From assembly GCA_965205875.1 (NCBI GenBank), contig CBDBIA010000004.1:2682830-2746829 (forward strand): a stretch of DNA of 64,000 nt, written 5' to 3'. Shown in pieces: positions 9,511-17,844 of the stretch. Under the pieces are notes generated by a model. The model did no database searches. It had not been told where the DNA came from and saw nothing but the letters and a program-made list of their open reading frames with translations. The first letter of the stretch is position 1. The number at the start of each line of letters is the position of its first letter. The stretch comes from Phototrophicaceae bacterium. GTDB lineage: Bacteria; Chloroflexota; Anaerolineae; Aggregatilineales; Phototrophicaceae. Position numbers and translations under genes: made by a program.

Positions 9511-10024
9511 TCCCCTGCGCATTGCGCAGCTGGCCGCCCAGGCCGACAGCATCCGCCAGCTCTGCGCGGGCGTGGCAATGGTACAGGCACGCTGGCGCCC
9601 GGACGCCGATTCCTGGTCGTTGCTGGAGGTCATCAACCACCTGGCGGATGAAGAGTGCGCGGACTTCCGCACGCGCCTGGATTACCTCCTGCATCGTCCC
9701 GGCGAGCCCTGGCCGCCCATTGACCCCGGCGCCTGGGTGCACGAGCGGCAGTACAACCAGCGCGACCTGGCAGAATCGCTGGATCGCTTCAGCGCATTGC
9801 GCGCCGACTCGCTGGACTGGTTGCGTTCGCTGGAAGCGCTGCGAGCGTCGGACCTGGACAGGTCGGAGCCGGCCCCCGGGGGCGGCCGCTTTCATGCCGG
9901 CGACATGCTGGCGGCATGGGTCGCGCACGATTTGCTGCATCTGCGCCAGCTGGTCGAGTTGCATTACGCCTGGACAGCGCAGCAATTGCAGCCCTACAGC
10001 GTGGCCTACGCCGGCGACTGGTAA
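9503..10024 (+). CDS. DinB/YfiT-like (DinB_2) four-helix-bundle protein
   Basis: ATG 9503 overlaps the lgt stop. 173 aa with His-containing helices (WSLLEVINHLADEE, AWVAHDLLHLRQL) typical of the DinB superfamily. The upstream part of track ORF 9326..10024 overlaps lgt. Confidence 0.65.
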   Translation: MPDPLRIAQLAAQADSIRQLCAGVAMVQARWRPDADSWSLLEVINHLADEECADFRTRLDYLLHRPGEPWPPIDPGAWVHERQYNQRDLAESLDRFSALRADSLDWLRSLEALRASDLDRSEPAPGGGRFHAGDMLAAWVAHDLLHLRQLVELHYAWTAQQLQPYSVAYAGDW

Positions 10025-10111
10025 TCCGGCCGCATGGTGCCCTCCTGGAATCGTACAAGAATTGCGGATTCCAACGCGGGATTAACTCCCCCGTGCCTTA
10101 ATGTTCAGGTA

Positions 10112-10127
10112 CTGTGCCATGGCACAG
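10112..10127. promoter_or_regulatory. perfect 16-nt palindrome in the lon leader
   Basis: CTGTGCCATGGCACAG reads identically on both strands. It lies 26 nt upstream of the lon ATG at 10153. Confidence 0.3.
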
Positions 10128-10152
10128 CCTTGTTGAGGACCTGGACGACAGC

Positions 10153-12627
10153 ATGAACGAACCCATCGTGGAACGCGACGATCCGGTCGAAACGACCGGG
10201 CTCGCTGAAGAAAACGGCGTCGCGGCAGCGCCGGATGACGCCGCGGAAGAAGAAGCGCTGCAGCCGCTGGAGCTGCCGGTGCTGCCCCTGCGCGGCATGG
10301 TGGTCTACCCCCAGACGGCCGTGCCGCTCACCGTGGGCCAGCCGCGCAGCATGAAGCTGGTCGACAGCGTCGTCAATGGCGACCGCGTGATTTGCCTCGT
10401 CGCCTCCAAAGACCCGGACAACGAAACGCCCGGGCCGGACGAGGTCTTCCGCGTCGGCACCCGCGCCTCCATCCATCGTATGTCGCGCTCGCCGGACGGT
10501 TCGCTGCGCCTGCTGGTGCAGGGTCTGACGCGCCTGCGCATCGATGACTTCGTGGAAGAGGATCCCTGGCTGAAGGCCTCCGTCAGCGAAATCCCGGAAG
10601 AGCAGGACGCCGACGAGCTGGAGCTGGAGGCCTTGATGCGCAACGTCGTCGACCAGTTCACGCGCATGGCCGAGCTGGTGCCCAGCATCCCCGGCGAGCT
10701 GATCTCCTCCGCGCTGAACATGGAAGACCCGCTGCAGCTGGTCTACGCCATCGCCACCTACGTACGCATCGAGCTGGACGAGGCCCAGAATTTGCTGGAG
10801 ATCGACTCGCTCGAAAGCAAGCTGCGCCACCTGATGGCCCTGCTGGGCAAGGAACTGGAGGTGCTGGAGCTGGGCCGCAAGATCCAGACCGAGGCGCAAT
10901 CCGGCATGGAGAAGGTGCAGCGCGAATACTTTCTGCGCGAACAGCTGAAGGCCATCCAGCGCGAACTGGGCGAGAGCGACGAGCAGACCGTGGAGGTGGA
11001 GGAGTTTCGCGAACGCATCATGGCGGCCGGCATGCCGGAGGAGGCGCAGAAGGAAGGCCTGCGCGAGCTGGAGCGACTCTCGCGCCTGCCGACGGCCGCT
11101 GCTGAATACGGCGTCATCCGCACCTGGCTGGATTGGCTGACGAGCCTGCCCTGGTCGCAGCGCAGCGAGGACAAGCTCGACATCGGCAACGCGCGCGCCG
11201 TGCTGGACGAGGACCACTATGGTCTGAAGGACATCAAGGAGCGCATCCTCGAATACCTGGCCGTGCGCAAGCTGCGCGCCGAACGCGCCGAAGAGCAGGA
11301 AGCGGATGAGCCGCAGGACCACATCCGCCGCGACCGCCAGGGCGCCATCCTGGCCTTCATCGGGCCGCCGGGCGTGGGCAAGACCTCGCTGGGCGCCTCG
11401 ATCGCGCGCGCCATGGGGCGCGAGTTCGTGCGCATGAGCCTCGGCGGCGTGCGCGACGAGGCGGAGATTCGCGGCTTCCGGCGCACCTACGTCGGCGCCA
11501 TGCCCGGTCGCCTCATCCAGACCCTGCGCCGCGTCGAGTCCATCAATCCGGTCATCATGATGGACGAGGTCGACAAGCTGGGGCGCGACTTTCACGGCGA
11601 CCCCGCCAGCGCGCTGCTGGAGGTGCTGGATCCGGAGCAAAATCATGAGTTTCGTGATCACTATCTGGACGTGCCGCTGGACCTGAGCGAGGTGCTCTTC
11701 ATCACCACCGCCAACGAACTGGAGCCCATCCCCGGGCCGCTGCGCGACCGCATGGAGATCATCCATCTAAGCGGCTACACCGAGCAGGAGAAGGCCGAAA
11801 TTGCGCGTCAGTATCTGGTGCCGCGCCAGATCCGTGAAAATGGCCTGCGCCGCTCCGAGATCGCCTTCGACGACGAGACCCTCTTGCAACTCATCCGCGA
11901 TTACACGCGCGAGGCCGGTGTCCGCAGCCTGGAGCGCGAAATCGGGCGCGCCGCGCGCAAGGTGGTCACGCGCATCGCGGAGGGCGAGCAGGATTGTGTA
12001 CAGATCGACGAAACGCTGCTGCGCGAACTGCTGGGCAAGCCGCGTCACGGCTGGCGCGAGGAGATCGCCGAACGCACCGACAAGCCCGGAGTCGCGACCG
12101 GCCTGGCGTGGACGCCGGTGGGCGGCGAGGTGCTCTTCGTCGAGGCGGCGCGCATGCCCGGCGGCAAGGGCTTCCAGTACACCGGCCAGCTGGGCGAGGT
12201 GATGCAGGAGAGCGCGCTCACGGCGCTGAGCTACATCCGCTCGCAGGCGGAAACGCTGGATATTGACCCGGCGCTCTTCGAGAGCAACGACATCCACCTG
12301 CACGTGCCGGCGGGCGCCGTGCGCAAGGACGGTCCCTCCGCCGGCGTGACCATGGCCGTGGCGCTGGCCTCACTGTTGACCGGACGGCCGGTTCGCAGCG
12401 AAGTGGCCATGACGGGCGAAATCACCCTGCGCGGTCAGGTGCTGCCGGTGGGCGGCATCAAGGACAAGGTGCTGGCTGCACACCGCCTCGGCGTGGCCAC
12501 CGTTATCATCCCCCACAAAAACGAGAACGACCTCGACGACCTGCCGGACGAGGTGCGCGAGTCGCTGGAGTTCGTACTCGCCGAGCGCGTCGACGATGTG
12601 CTGGCCGCGTCGCTGGTGGCAGGGTGA
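10153..12627 (+). CDS. lon: ATP-dependent protease Lon
   Basis: 824 aa from ATG 10153 (the track ORF begins at GTG 10114). LON N-domain, Walker [10 protein letters not shown], proteolytic-site block [14 protein letters not shown]. Confidence 0.95.
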   Translation: MNEPIVERDDPVETTGLAEENGVAAAPDDAAEEEALQPLELPVLPLRGMVVYPQTAVPLTVGQPRSMKLVDSVVNGDRVICLVASKDPDNETPGPDEVFRVGTRASIHRMSRSPDGSLRLLVQGLTRLRIDDFVEEDPWLKASVSEIPEEQDADELELEALMRNVVDQFTRMAELVPSIPGELISSALNMEDPLQLVYAIATYVRIELDEAQNLLEIDSLESKLRHLMALLGKELEVLELGRKIQTEAQSGMEKVQREYFLREQLKAIQRELGESDEQTVEVEEFRERIMAAGMPEEAQKEGLRELERLSRLPTAAAEYGVIRTWLDWLTSLPWSQRSEDKLDIGNARAVLDEDHYGLKDIKERILEYLAVRKLRAERAEEQEADEPQDHIRRDRQGAILAFIGPPGVGKTSLGASIARAMGREFVRMSLGGVRDEAEIRGFRRTYVGAMPGRLIQTLRRVESINPVIMMDEVDKLGRDFHGDPASALLEVLDPEQNHEFRDHYLDVPLDLSEVLFITTANELEPIPGPLRDRMEIIHLSGYTEQEKAEIARQYLVPRQIRENGLRRSEIAFDDETLLQLIRDYTREAGVRSLEREIGRAARKVVTRIAEGEQDCVQIDETLLRELLGKPRHGWREEIAERTDKPGVATGLAWTPVGGEVLFVEAARMPGGKGFQYTGQLGEVMQESALTALSYIRSQAETLDIDPALFESNDIHLHVPAGAVRKDGPSAGVTMAVALASLLTGRPVRSEVAMTGEITLRGQVLPVGGIKDKVLAAHRLGVATVIIPHKNENDLDDLPDEVRESLEFVLAERVDDVLAASLVAG

Positions 12628-12639
12628 CGCGCTGGCGGG

Positions 12640-13521
12640 TTAGCCAACCTGGCTCCAGCGCCCGTCCGCGAGAAGTTCGATCTGGCCGCGCCGCTTCAGG
12701 CCTTGCTGCGCGTTGCGCACGTAGTGCTTCCATCGCTTGCCGAAGTGGACGTCGCCGATCACCCTGTCGATAGTGTCATCGCAAATGTCGGGGTGAAGAC
12801 CTTGAATACGGGGATGTAGCGCGACGGTTGAAAGTGGTCCGTGCTGCTTTAGCAAGAATAGGATGGCGTCCGCGAGAATCCCGTTGGTCGAGTTACCTTG
12901 AGCACGCGCCTCATAGAGTTTTAACTTTTGTTCCAGTTTGTTTATCCTGGACTTCACTTCCTGGTTGATTGAGCCTTGTGCCTCTTTTCGGGCGGCGTTC
13001 AACTGCTCCGACTCCAGTGCGATTCTGCTGAGGGTATCTCGTGGAAACATGGTGCCCTGTGAGGCATATCCCTCGAACTCATTTCTCAGATGGTTTACGG
13101 AAGGTTCGTCGTGGAACAGCACGCCATACTCGAGATTCTTGTTGAGCCCGTAATGCGTCAAATTAGCTGACGTGATAATGGCAGCGTGCGAATCCGCGAT
13201 GTAGGCCTTGGCGTGCAGGGAAGACAGATGCGTAACGCTCGCAGATTGGACTTCGTCAGCGAACTCAATCAGCGCAGCGACATTTAAGGAGTCGCCACTA
13301 CGGTAGCCATTTCCCAGATTTGTCAGGATCAGAGTTTGCGGAGGGTATGTGCGCTCATGCAACAGTGACGCGATACGCATGAGTGGCTGGCGTGTGATGA
13401 AGGGGGAAACAATAAGGAGCGATTGTTCCGCGCTTCGTGCGAGTTTGTCGAGATGTTCTGACCAGGGTCTGGACAGAAATATCGGCATGTATTCCATGGG
13501 ATTGGTAGCTCGACCGCACAT
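12640..13521 (-). CDS. single-HKD phospholipase-D-fold nuclease fused to a C-terminal winged-helix (Mrr_N-like) module
   Basis: 293-aa ORF in a visibly lower-G+C stretch. HKD motif HAKAYIAD-SHAAII-TSAN at 13162..13215. Coiled-coil-like linker (EQLNAARKEAQGSINQEVKSRINKLEQKLKLYEA). C-terminal HPDICDDTIDRVIGDVHFGKRWKHYVRNAQQGLKRRGQIE resembles Mrr N-terminal wHTH domains. The start may instead be Met9 (13497) or Met12 (13488). Confidence 0.7.
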   Translation of the reverse strand: MCGRATNPMEYMPIFLSRPWSEHLDKLARSAEQSLLIVSPFITRQPLMRIASLLHERTYPPQTLILTNLGNGYRSGDSLNVAALIEFADEVQSASVTHLSSLHAKAYIADSHAAIITSANLTHYGLNKNLEYGVLFHDEPSVNHLRNEFEGYASQGTMFPRDTLSRIALESEQLNAARKEAQGSINQEVKSRINKLEQKLKLYEARAQGNSTNGILADAILFLLKQHGPLSTVALHPRIQGLHPDICDDTIDRVIGDVHFGKRWKHYVRNAQQGLKRRGQIELLADGRWSQVG

Positions 13522-13611
13522 TGGTAGCTTGCCCTATCAAGGTGTCCATCATATCGTTTTTGCACGCAGGCGACAGCAGCGACTGCGAACCTTGGAGAAA
13601 CGGAGCGTACA

Positions 13612-13887
13612 ATGGACGGCACCTCTCCACAGTTATTTAACTCCACAAGAATATGCTGGCGAGGCGCATGGACCTTGGGCCTCATCAAACTGAACGAGGA
13701 ACTCAGGCGGCGGATGCTTTACTTCCTGGACCATGAAGTGTCCGACCTGTACAATTCAACCGAAGCGAAGTTGAGACGAGAGAGCAAGGACCTGGAAGTC
13801 GATCTCGTCGATTTGGATATCTCGTTTCAGGACGCATGTAAGGCTCTTCAGAACGACTACCTCGACCCTGAAGACATCGGTGTGTAA
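13612..13887 (+). CDS. hypothetical small acidic protein
   Basis: 91-aa ORF with GGAG 6 nt upstream of ATG 13612, divergent from the PLD gene. The C-terminal 57 aa (from Met at 13714) contain 15 D/E versus 5 K/R. No family recognised. Confidence 0.35.
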   Translation: MDGTSPQLFNSTRICWRGAWTLGLIKLNEELRRRMLYFLDHEVSDLYNSTEAKLRRESKDLEVDLVDLDISFQDACKALQNDYLDPEDIGV

Positions 13888-13976
13888 CTGTCAACCAGTT
13901 GCCAGGCAAACTCCAATGTGCCAGTTCCGTTTGGTCTCATTTGCTGACCGGTTCAAGTATATTGCCTTGGTGACCA

Positions 13977-14005
13977 GTGACGCAACGCGTGGCTTGCGCT
14001 ATACT
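13977..14005 (+). promoter_or_regulatory. candidate sigma70-type promoter for the PHP gene
   Basis: GTGACG, 17-nt spacer, TATACT (-10 at 14000..14005). TATACT recurs as the -10 in other intergenic regions of this window. Confidence 0.35.
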
Positions 14006-14171
14006 GTGAACGCGCGACCCTGCGCGGCGGATGCGCGCGCCGGTTCGCGTCCCGGCTTCCCTGACGCATCCCTCATTCTGTCCGAATAACGAATCCGAAG
14101 ACGCTGCGTTGAGCTTAACGCCTGTCGCAACGAGAGAGACGAACCAGTTGGCTTCCAGAAAAAAAGCGCAG

Positions 14172-15977
14172 ATGAAGTGGTATCGCGCTGACTTGCACCT
14201 GCACACCCCCGCTTCCGACGACTATCAGGAAAAAGCAATATCCACCCTGGACATCCTGCGCCGGGCCGAAACCCGCGGCCTGGATGTCATCGCCTTTACC
14301 GACCACAATACGATCGGCGGTTACGCCGCCATGATGCGCGAGATCGAGCAGCTCACCTGGCTGGAGGAGTTGGGCCGCGCCCAGGACGCCGAGCAGCGCA
14401 AGCTGGCAGACTATCGCCGCTTGCTCGACAAGATGCTCGTGCTGCCGGGCTTCGAGTTCACCGCCACGCTCGGCTTTCACATCATCGGCGTCTTCGCGCC
14501 GGACACGCCCCTGCGTCAGATCGAGCACGCGCTGCTAAGCCTGAACGTGCCGCCCGAGGTGCTGGAGTCCGGCTCCTCGCGCGTGGGCGCCTCCGCCGAC
14601 GTGCTCAGCGCCTATCGCGTCATCAACGACTCCGGCGGCATCTGCATCGCGGCCCACGTCAACAGTACGCACGGCGTGGCCATGCGCGGCGTGGATTTCG
14701 GCGGCCAGACGCGTATCGCCTACACTCAGGACTCAAATCTGCACGCGCTCGAGGTGACCGACCTGACGAGCAAGGCGCGCGGTAGCACCCAGCGCTTCTT
14801 CTCCGGCACCAAGCCGGAGTATCCGCGACGCATGCGCTGCATCCAGGGCTCGGACGCGCATCGCCTGGTCGGGGCCGGCGGCAGGGAGCGCAACCGCAAC
14901 CTGGGCGTCGGCGACCGCGTGACGGAAGTGCAGCTGCCGGAACGCTCTTTCGCGGCCCTGCTGGAGCTCTTCCGCAGCGATGATTTCTCGCGCTCGCGAC
15001 CCTACACGGTCAGCCGCAAGACCTACGACTACGTCGGCCTGGCGCGCGAGGAAGGCAGCAGCGTGATCCAGTCCTTCCACGAAACGATGACGAAGCGCGG
15101 CGGCCGCCTCTACAACATCATCGCCGACGTCTGCGCCTTCGCCAATGGCAACGGCGGCACCGTCTGGGTGGGCGTCAGCGCCGATGGCAAAAAGGAACCC
15201 GTTGGCGTGAGTCGCGTGACTGAAAGCACCAGGGCGCTGTCAGAGGCCATCAGCCGCATGCTGACGCCGCAGCTCAAGGTTGAAATCGACGCGCTCGAAA
15301 GCCAGGGCAAAAAGGTCGTGCGCATGCGCGTGCCGCGTGGCGAGGACAAGCCCTACGCCATTGAAGACTCCAGGATTTACGTGCGCTCGGATGTCGAAAC
15401 CAGCCTGGCAGTGCGCGACGAGATCGTCAACCTCGTGCGCCAGCTCCCGCAGCAACAGCAGCAGGCAGCTGCACCCGCAGCGCAGCCTGAACCTGCGCCC
15501 GCTGCGCCGCCTGCGCAGCCTCGCCCGGCGCCCTCGCGCCGTCGCAAGGCGGCTCCATCCGGCAACGGCGCCGCCCCGACTGAGTCTGTTGAATCTGCTG
15601 CGGAGTCCCGGGGAGCGGACGGAATCATCAAACCACCGCGCGGCGGCGTCGAGATCATTGGCACCGAGCTGCGCAACGATACGCGTTATCATGTGCTGCG
15701 CGACCTGCGCAATGGCAACATCGTCAAAAATGTCACGCGCTCGTCGGCGCGCCGGCTGTGGCACTATGCCATCACGCGGCGCGAGTCCAACCCTGTGCGC
15801 GCGCGCGACGTACAGTGGCAGGGTGATATCGGCCTGGTACGCCGTTACCAGCGCGAGGGCAAGACGCGCTTCGATCTGGCCCAGCGCAAAAGCGGCAATA
15901 TGCGCATCTACTACGGCGTCGCCGAAAGCGGCATGCACGGCGACTGGCAGGCCTTCCTTGCGGACGAGGAGAGCTGA
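14172..15977 (+). CDS. PHP phosphoesterase domain + AlbA_2 (Schlafen-like) domain + Q/A/P-rich linker + unknown C-terminal domain
   Basis: 601 aa from ATG 14172 (alternative ATG 14031). PHP motifs [24 protein letters not shown] and IQGSDAHR. AlbA_2-like block [22 protein letters not shown]. Low-complexity [25 protein letters not shown] linker. The last ~130 aa are unassigned. Confidence 0.75.
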   Translation: MKWYRADLHLHTPASDDYQEKAISTLDILRRAETRGLDVIAFTDHNTIGGYAAMMREIEQLTWLEELGRAQDAEQRKLADYRRLLDKMLVLPGFEFTATLGFHIIGVFAPDTPLRQIEHALLSLNVPPEVLESGSSRVGASADVLSAYRVINDSGGICIAAHVNSTHGVAMRGVDFGGQTRIAYTQDSNLHALEVTDLTSKARGSTQRFFSGTKPEYPRRMRCIQGSDAHRLVGAGGRERNRNLGVGDRVTEVQLPERSFAALLELFRSDDFSRSRPYTVSRKTYDYVGLAREEGSSVIQSFHETMTKRGGRLYNIIADVCAFANGNGGTVWVGVSADGKKEPVGVSRVTESTRALSEAISRMLTPQLKVEIDALESQGKKVVRMRVPRGEDKPYAIEDSRIYVRSDVETSLAVRDEIVNLVRQLPQQQQQAAAPAAQPEPAPAAPPAQPRPAPSRRRKAAPSGNGAAPTESVESAAESRGADGIIKPPRGGVEIIGTELRNDTRYHVLRDLRNGNIVKNVTRSSARRLWHYAITRRESNPVRARDVQWQGDIGLVRRYQREGKTRFDLAQRKSGNMRIYYGVAESGMHGDWQAFLADEES

Positions 15978-16511
15978 TCAGGCCTGCGACTCCGCATCCC
16001 CGGGCGGGTGATAGCGACTGTGAAAGGTCGCGTCATCCATGTGCCAGGGTTCACCCGCCAGACCAATCAGCAGCCAGTTGCCGGCAGTTACGGTGACTGG
16101 CTGCGCGCTTTCCAGCGACTGGACGCGCCGCGCCGCCTGCAAACGTAAGGCCCACACGCCGCGAAATTTGTACCAGGGCTGGCAGCCGGCCTGCTGCAGC
16201 GCCCCAATTCCTGCCAGCTGCGGCAGCGCCTCGTCCCAGGGCCGGTAGACGCGTTCGAAGAGCTCGCGGCGCACCGGCCAACGCTCCCCTTCTCCAGTTT
16301 GCGCCGGGTCCTCCGGTCGATAGCAGAGCATGTCGCCGGCCAGGGCCTGCAACGGACCGGAGTTGCTCATCACCGTCTGCGCCGCGCGCAATTCACGCGC
16401 CATCACGAGGCGCTTGCGCGGCAGCCAGAAGCGAAAACCCGCCGCCCGCAACTCATCCTCGGACCAGTCGCGCTGCCGCAGTACCTCGTCCGCGTCCATC
16501 GCAGCTGTCAT
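15978..16511 (-). CDS. hypothetical protein
   Basis: 177-aa ORF with good GC3 bias. Its stop abuts the PHP gene stop (TGATCA). It contains two similar segments (AGDMLCY..GEGERWPV..LFERVY and AGNWLLIGLAGEPWHM..TFHSRY). No family assigned with confidence. Confidence 0.55.
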   Translation of the reverse strand: MTAAMDADEVLRQRDWSEDELRAAGFRFWLPRKRLVMARELRAAQTVMSNSGPLQALAGDMLCYRPEDPAQTGEGERWPVRRELFERVYRPWDEALPQLAGIGALQQAGCQPWYKFRGVWALRLQAARRVQSLESAQPVTVTAGNWLLIGLAGEPWHMDDATFHSRYHPPGDAESQA

Positions 16512-16577
16512 GGCAAGGGCGCCTCGTCACGCTTCCGGCGCAGAGTATAGCGCAGCCGCGCGGTGCAACTGCGCCGC

Positions 16578-17393
16578 TCAGGGCCAGCCCCGCACGGCTC
16601 GGATGTGATCCCAGGCTTCGGCCACGGCGCGGAAACGTTCCTCGGCCAGCGCGGTCGGCAGGGCGCTCACATCCGGGTGCACGTCGAAGACCTGGCGCCG
16701 AAAGGCCTCGCGCACCTGCTCATGGCCGGCGTCCAGCGTCACGCCCAGCAGCGTGTAGCAGCGCTCAAGCTCGCGCTCGGCGCGGGCCTGCGGATCAGGC
16801 GGCAGCTGTGGCGCCCCGCCAGCAGAATCACGGGGCGCTGCGAAGCGATCGTTTGTCTCGCGCTGCCAGAAGGCCTCCGCGCCGAAGTGCGCGATGTTCC
16901 AGAAGCCACGGATGCTGCGCCTGCGGATGTTGACGCGGCCGGCGTGCAGTCGACGCGGCAGCAGTTGCGGCCCGTAACGCGCGACGTGGCGCTGTCCGCC
17001 CTCCAGCGGCTCCAGATGCACGGGCTGCACGCCCGGCGTCCGGCCTGGCGCGGCGCAAACGTAGATCCGCTCGTTGCCGAGGCTGTGCAGGGCCAGCAGC
17101 CAGTCCGGCGGCACGAAACGCTGGTCGGGTTGTGGCGCGAGGGCCGGGGCGAGCAGGAAGAGCGAGGCGCTGCTGGCCTCCTCGTCGCGTTGCAGCATGC
17201 GCCGTAGTTGCCGCTTGCCCGGCTCCGCGTCAAGGTAGTGCACGTGGATGAGAATGCCCGTCCACAGGCCGATGCACAGGGCCGGCGCGGCCGCGCGCTC
17301 GCCTGACAGCGTCAGCGGCGGCGGCCCGCAAGAGCGCACATCCACCAGGGGCCGCAGCTGTTGGCACAGCCAGTCGCGCAGATCGGGATTCAT
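16578..17393 (-). CDS. J-domain protein with unknown N-terminal domain
   Basis: 271 aa. The C-terminal ~65 aa are a J domain (CYTLLGVTLDAGHEQVREAFRRQVFDVHPD with an HPD tripeptide). The N-terminal ~200 aa are unassigned. The start overlaps the upstream small ORF by 4 nt. Confidence 0.7.
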   Translation of the reverse strand: MNPDLRDWLCQQLRPLVDVRSCGPPPLTLSGERAAAPALCIGLWTGILIHVHYLDAEPGKRQLRRMLQRDEEASSASLFLLAPALAPQPDQRFVPPDWLLALHSLGNERIYVCAAPGRTPGVQPVHLEPLEGGQRHVARYGPQLLPRRLHAGRVNIRRRSIRGFWNIAHFGAEAFWQRETNDRFAAPRDSAGGAPQLPPDPQARAERELERCYTLLGVTLDAGHEQVREAFRRQVFDVHPDVSALPTALAEERFRAVAEAWDHIRAVRGWP

Positions 17394-17844
17394 GTCTCTT
17401 GCTTGCCCTCACCCGCTGCAGACAAGCGCACCCTCTCGCGCAGCAGCAGGCAGACAAGGCCGATGCCGAGGCCGGTCAGGGCGAAGCTGAGGGCCATTTG
17501 TGGCGCGAGCTGCAGGGTCGCCAGCAAGCGGTCGACCGGGAAGTCCGGGATGCTGTGGGCGTGTCGCACGTTCTTGAACAGCATCAGGCCGACGGCGCAG
17601 AGACAGGCGCCCGTCCCGGCCAGCAGGCCGCCGCCAAATCCGAGGCCGATGATCCGCCCGGGCCGGGCTTATGGCCCCGCAGGCGACCGAGCAGGAAGTG
17701 CAGCGTCAGCAGGCTGGCGAGGGCCGCGCCCAGCGCCAGCGGCGGCCACAGCGCCTGGTCTTCCAGCGCGAGCCAGAAGAGCGTGCAGCTGCCGCTCAGC
17801 AGCAGCGCCAGGCGCGGGCCGCGGGTCGCAGCTGTATTGTTCAC
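17390..17844 (-). pseudogene. small multi-TM membrane protein, either frameshifted or two coupled mini-ORFs (86 aa + 64 aa)
   Basis: ORF 17584..17844 (GTG start overlapping the amylase-family stop) has high GC3 only in its first ~59 codons. The high-GC3, TM-like reading then continues in the frame of ORF 17390..17584 (ARPGRIIGLGFGGGLLAGTGACLCAVGL-MLFKNV...). The switch must fall in the C/G run at 17654..17668. Confidence 0.45.

Noticed and set aside
12648-14158. Possible att-like direct repeats flanking the low-G+C islet: CTGGCTCCAG at 12648 versus TTGGCTTCCAG at 14148, and AACCAGTTG at 13893 and 14142
   Set aside because: They are only 9-10 nt, imperfect, one copy lies inside the PLD coding sequence, and no recombinase is present. 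They cannot be distinguished from chance by eye.
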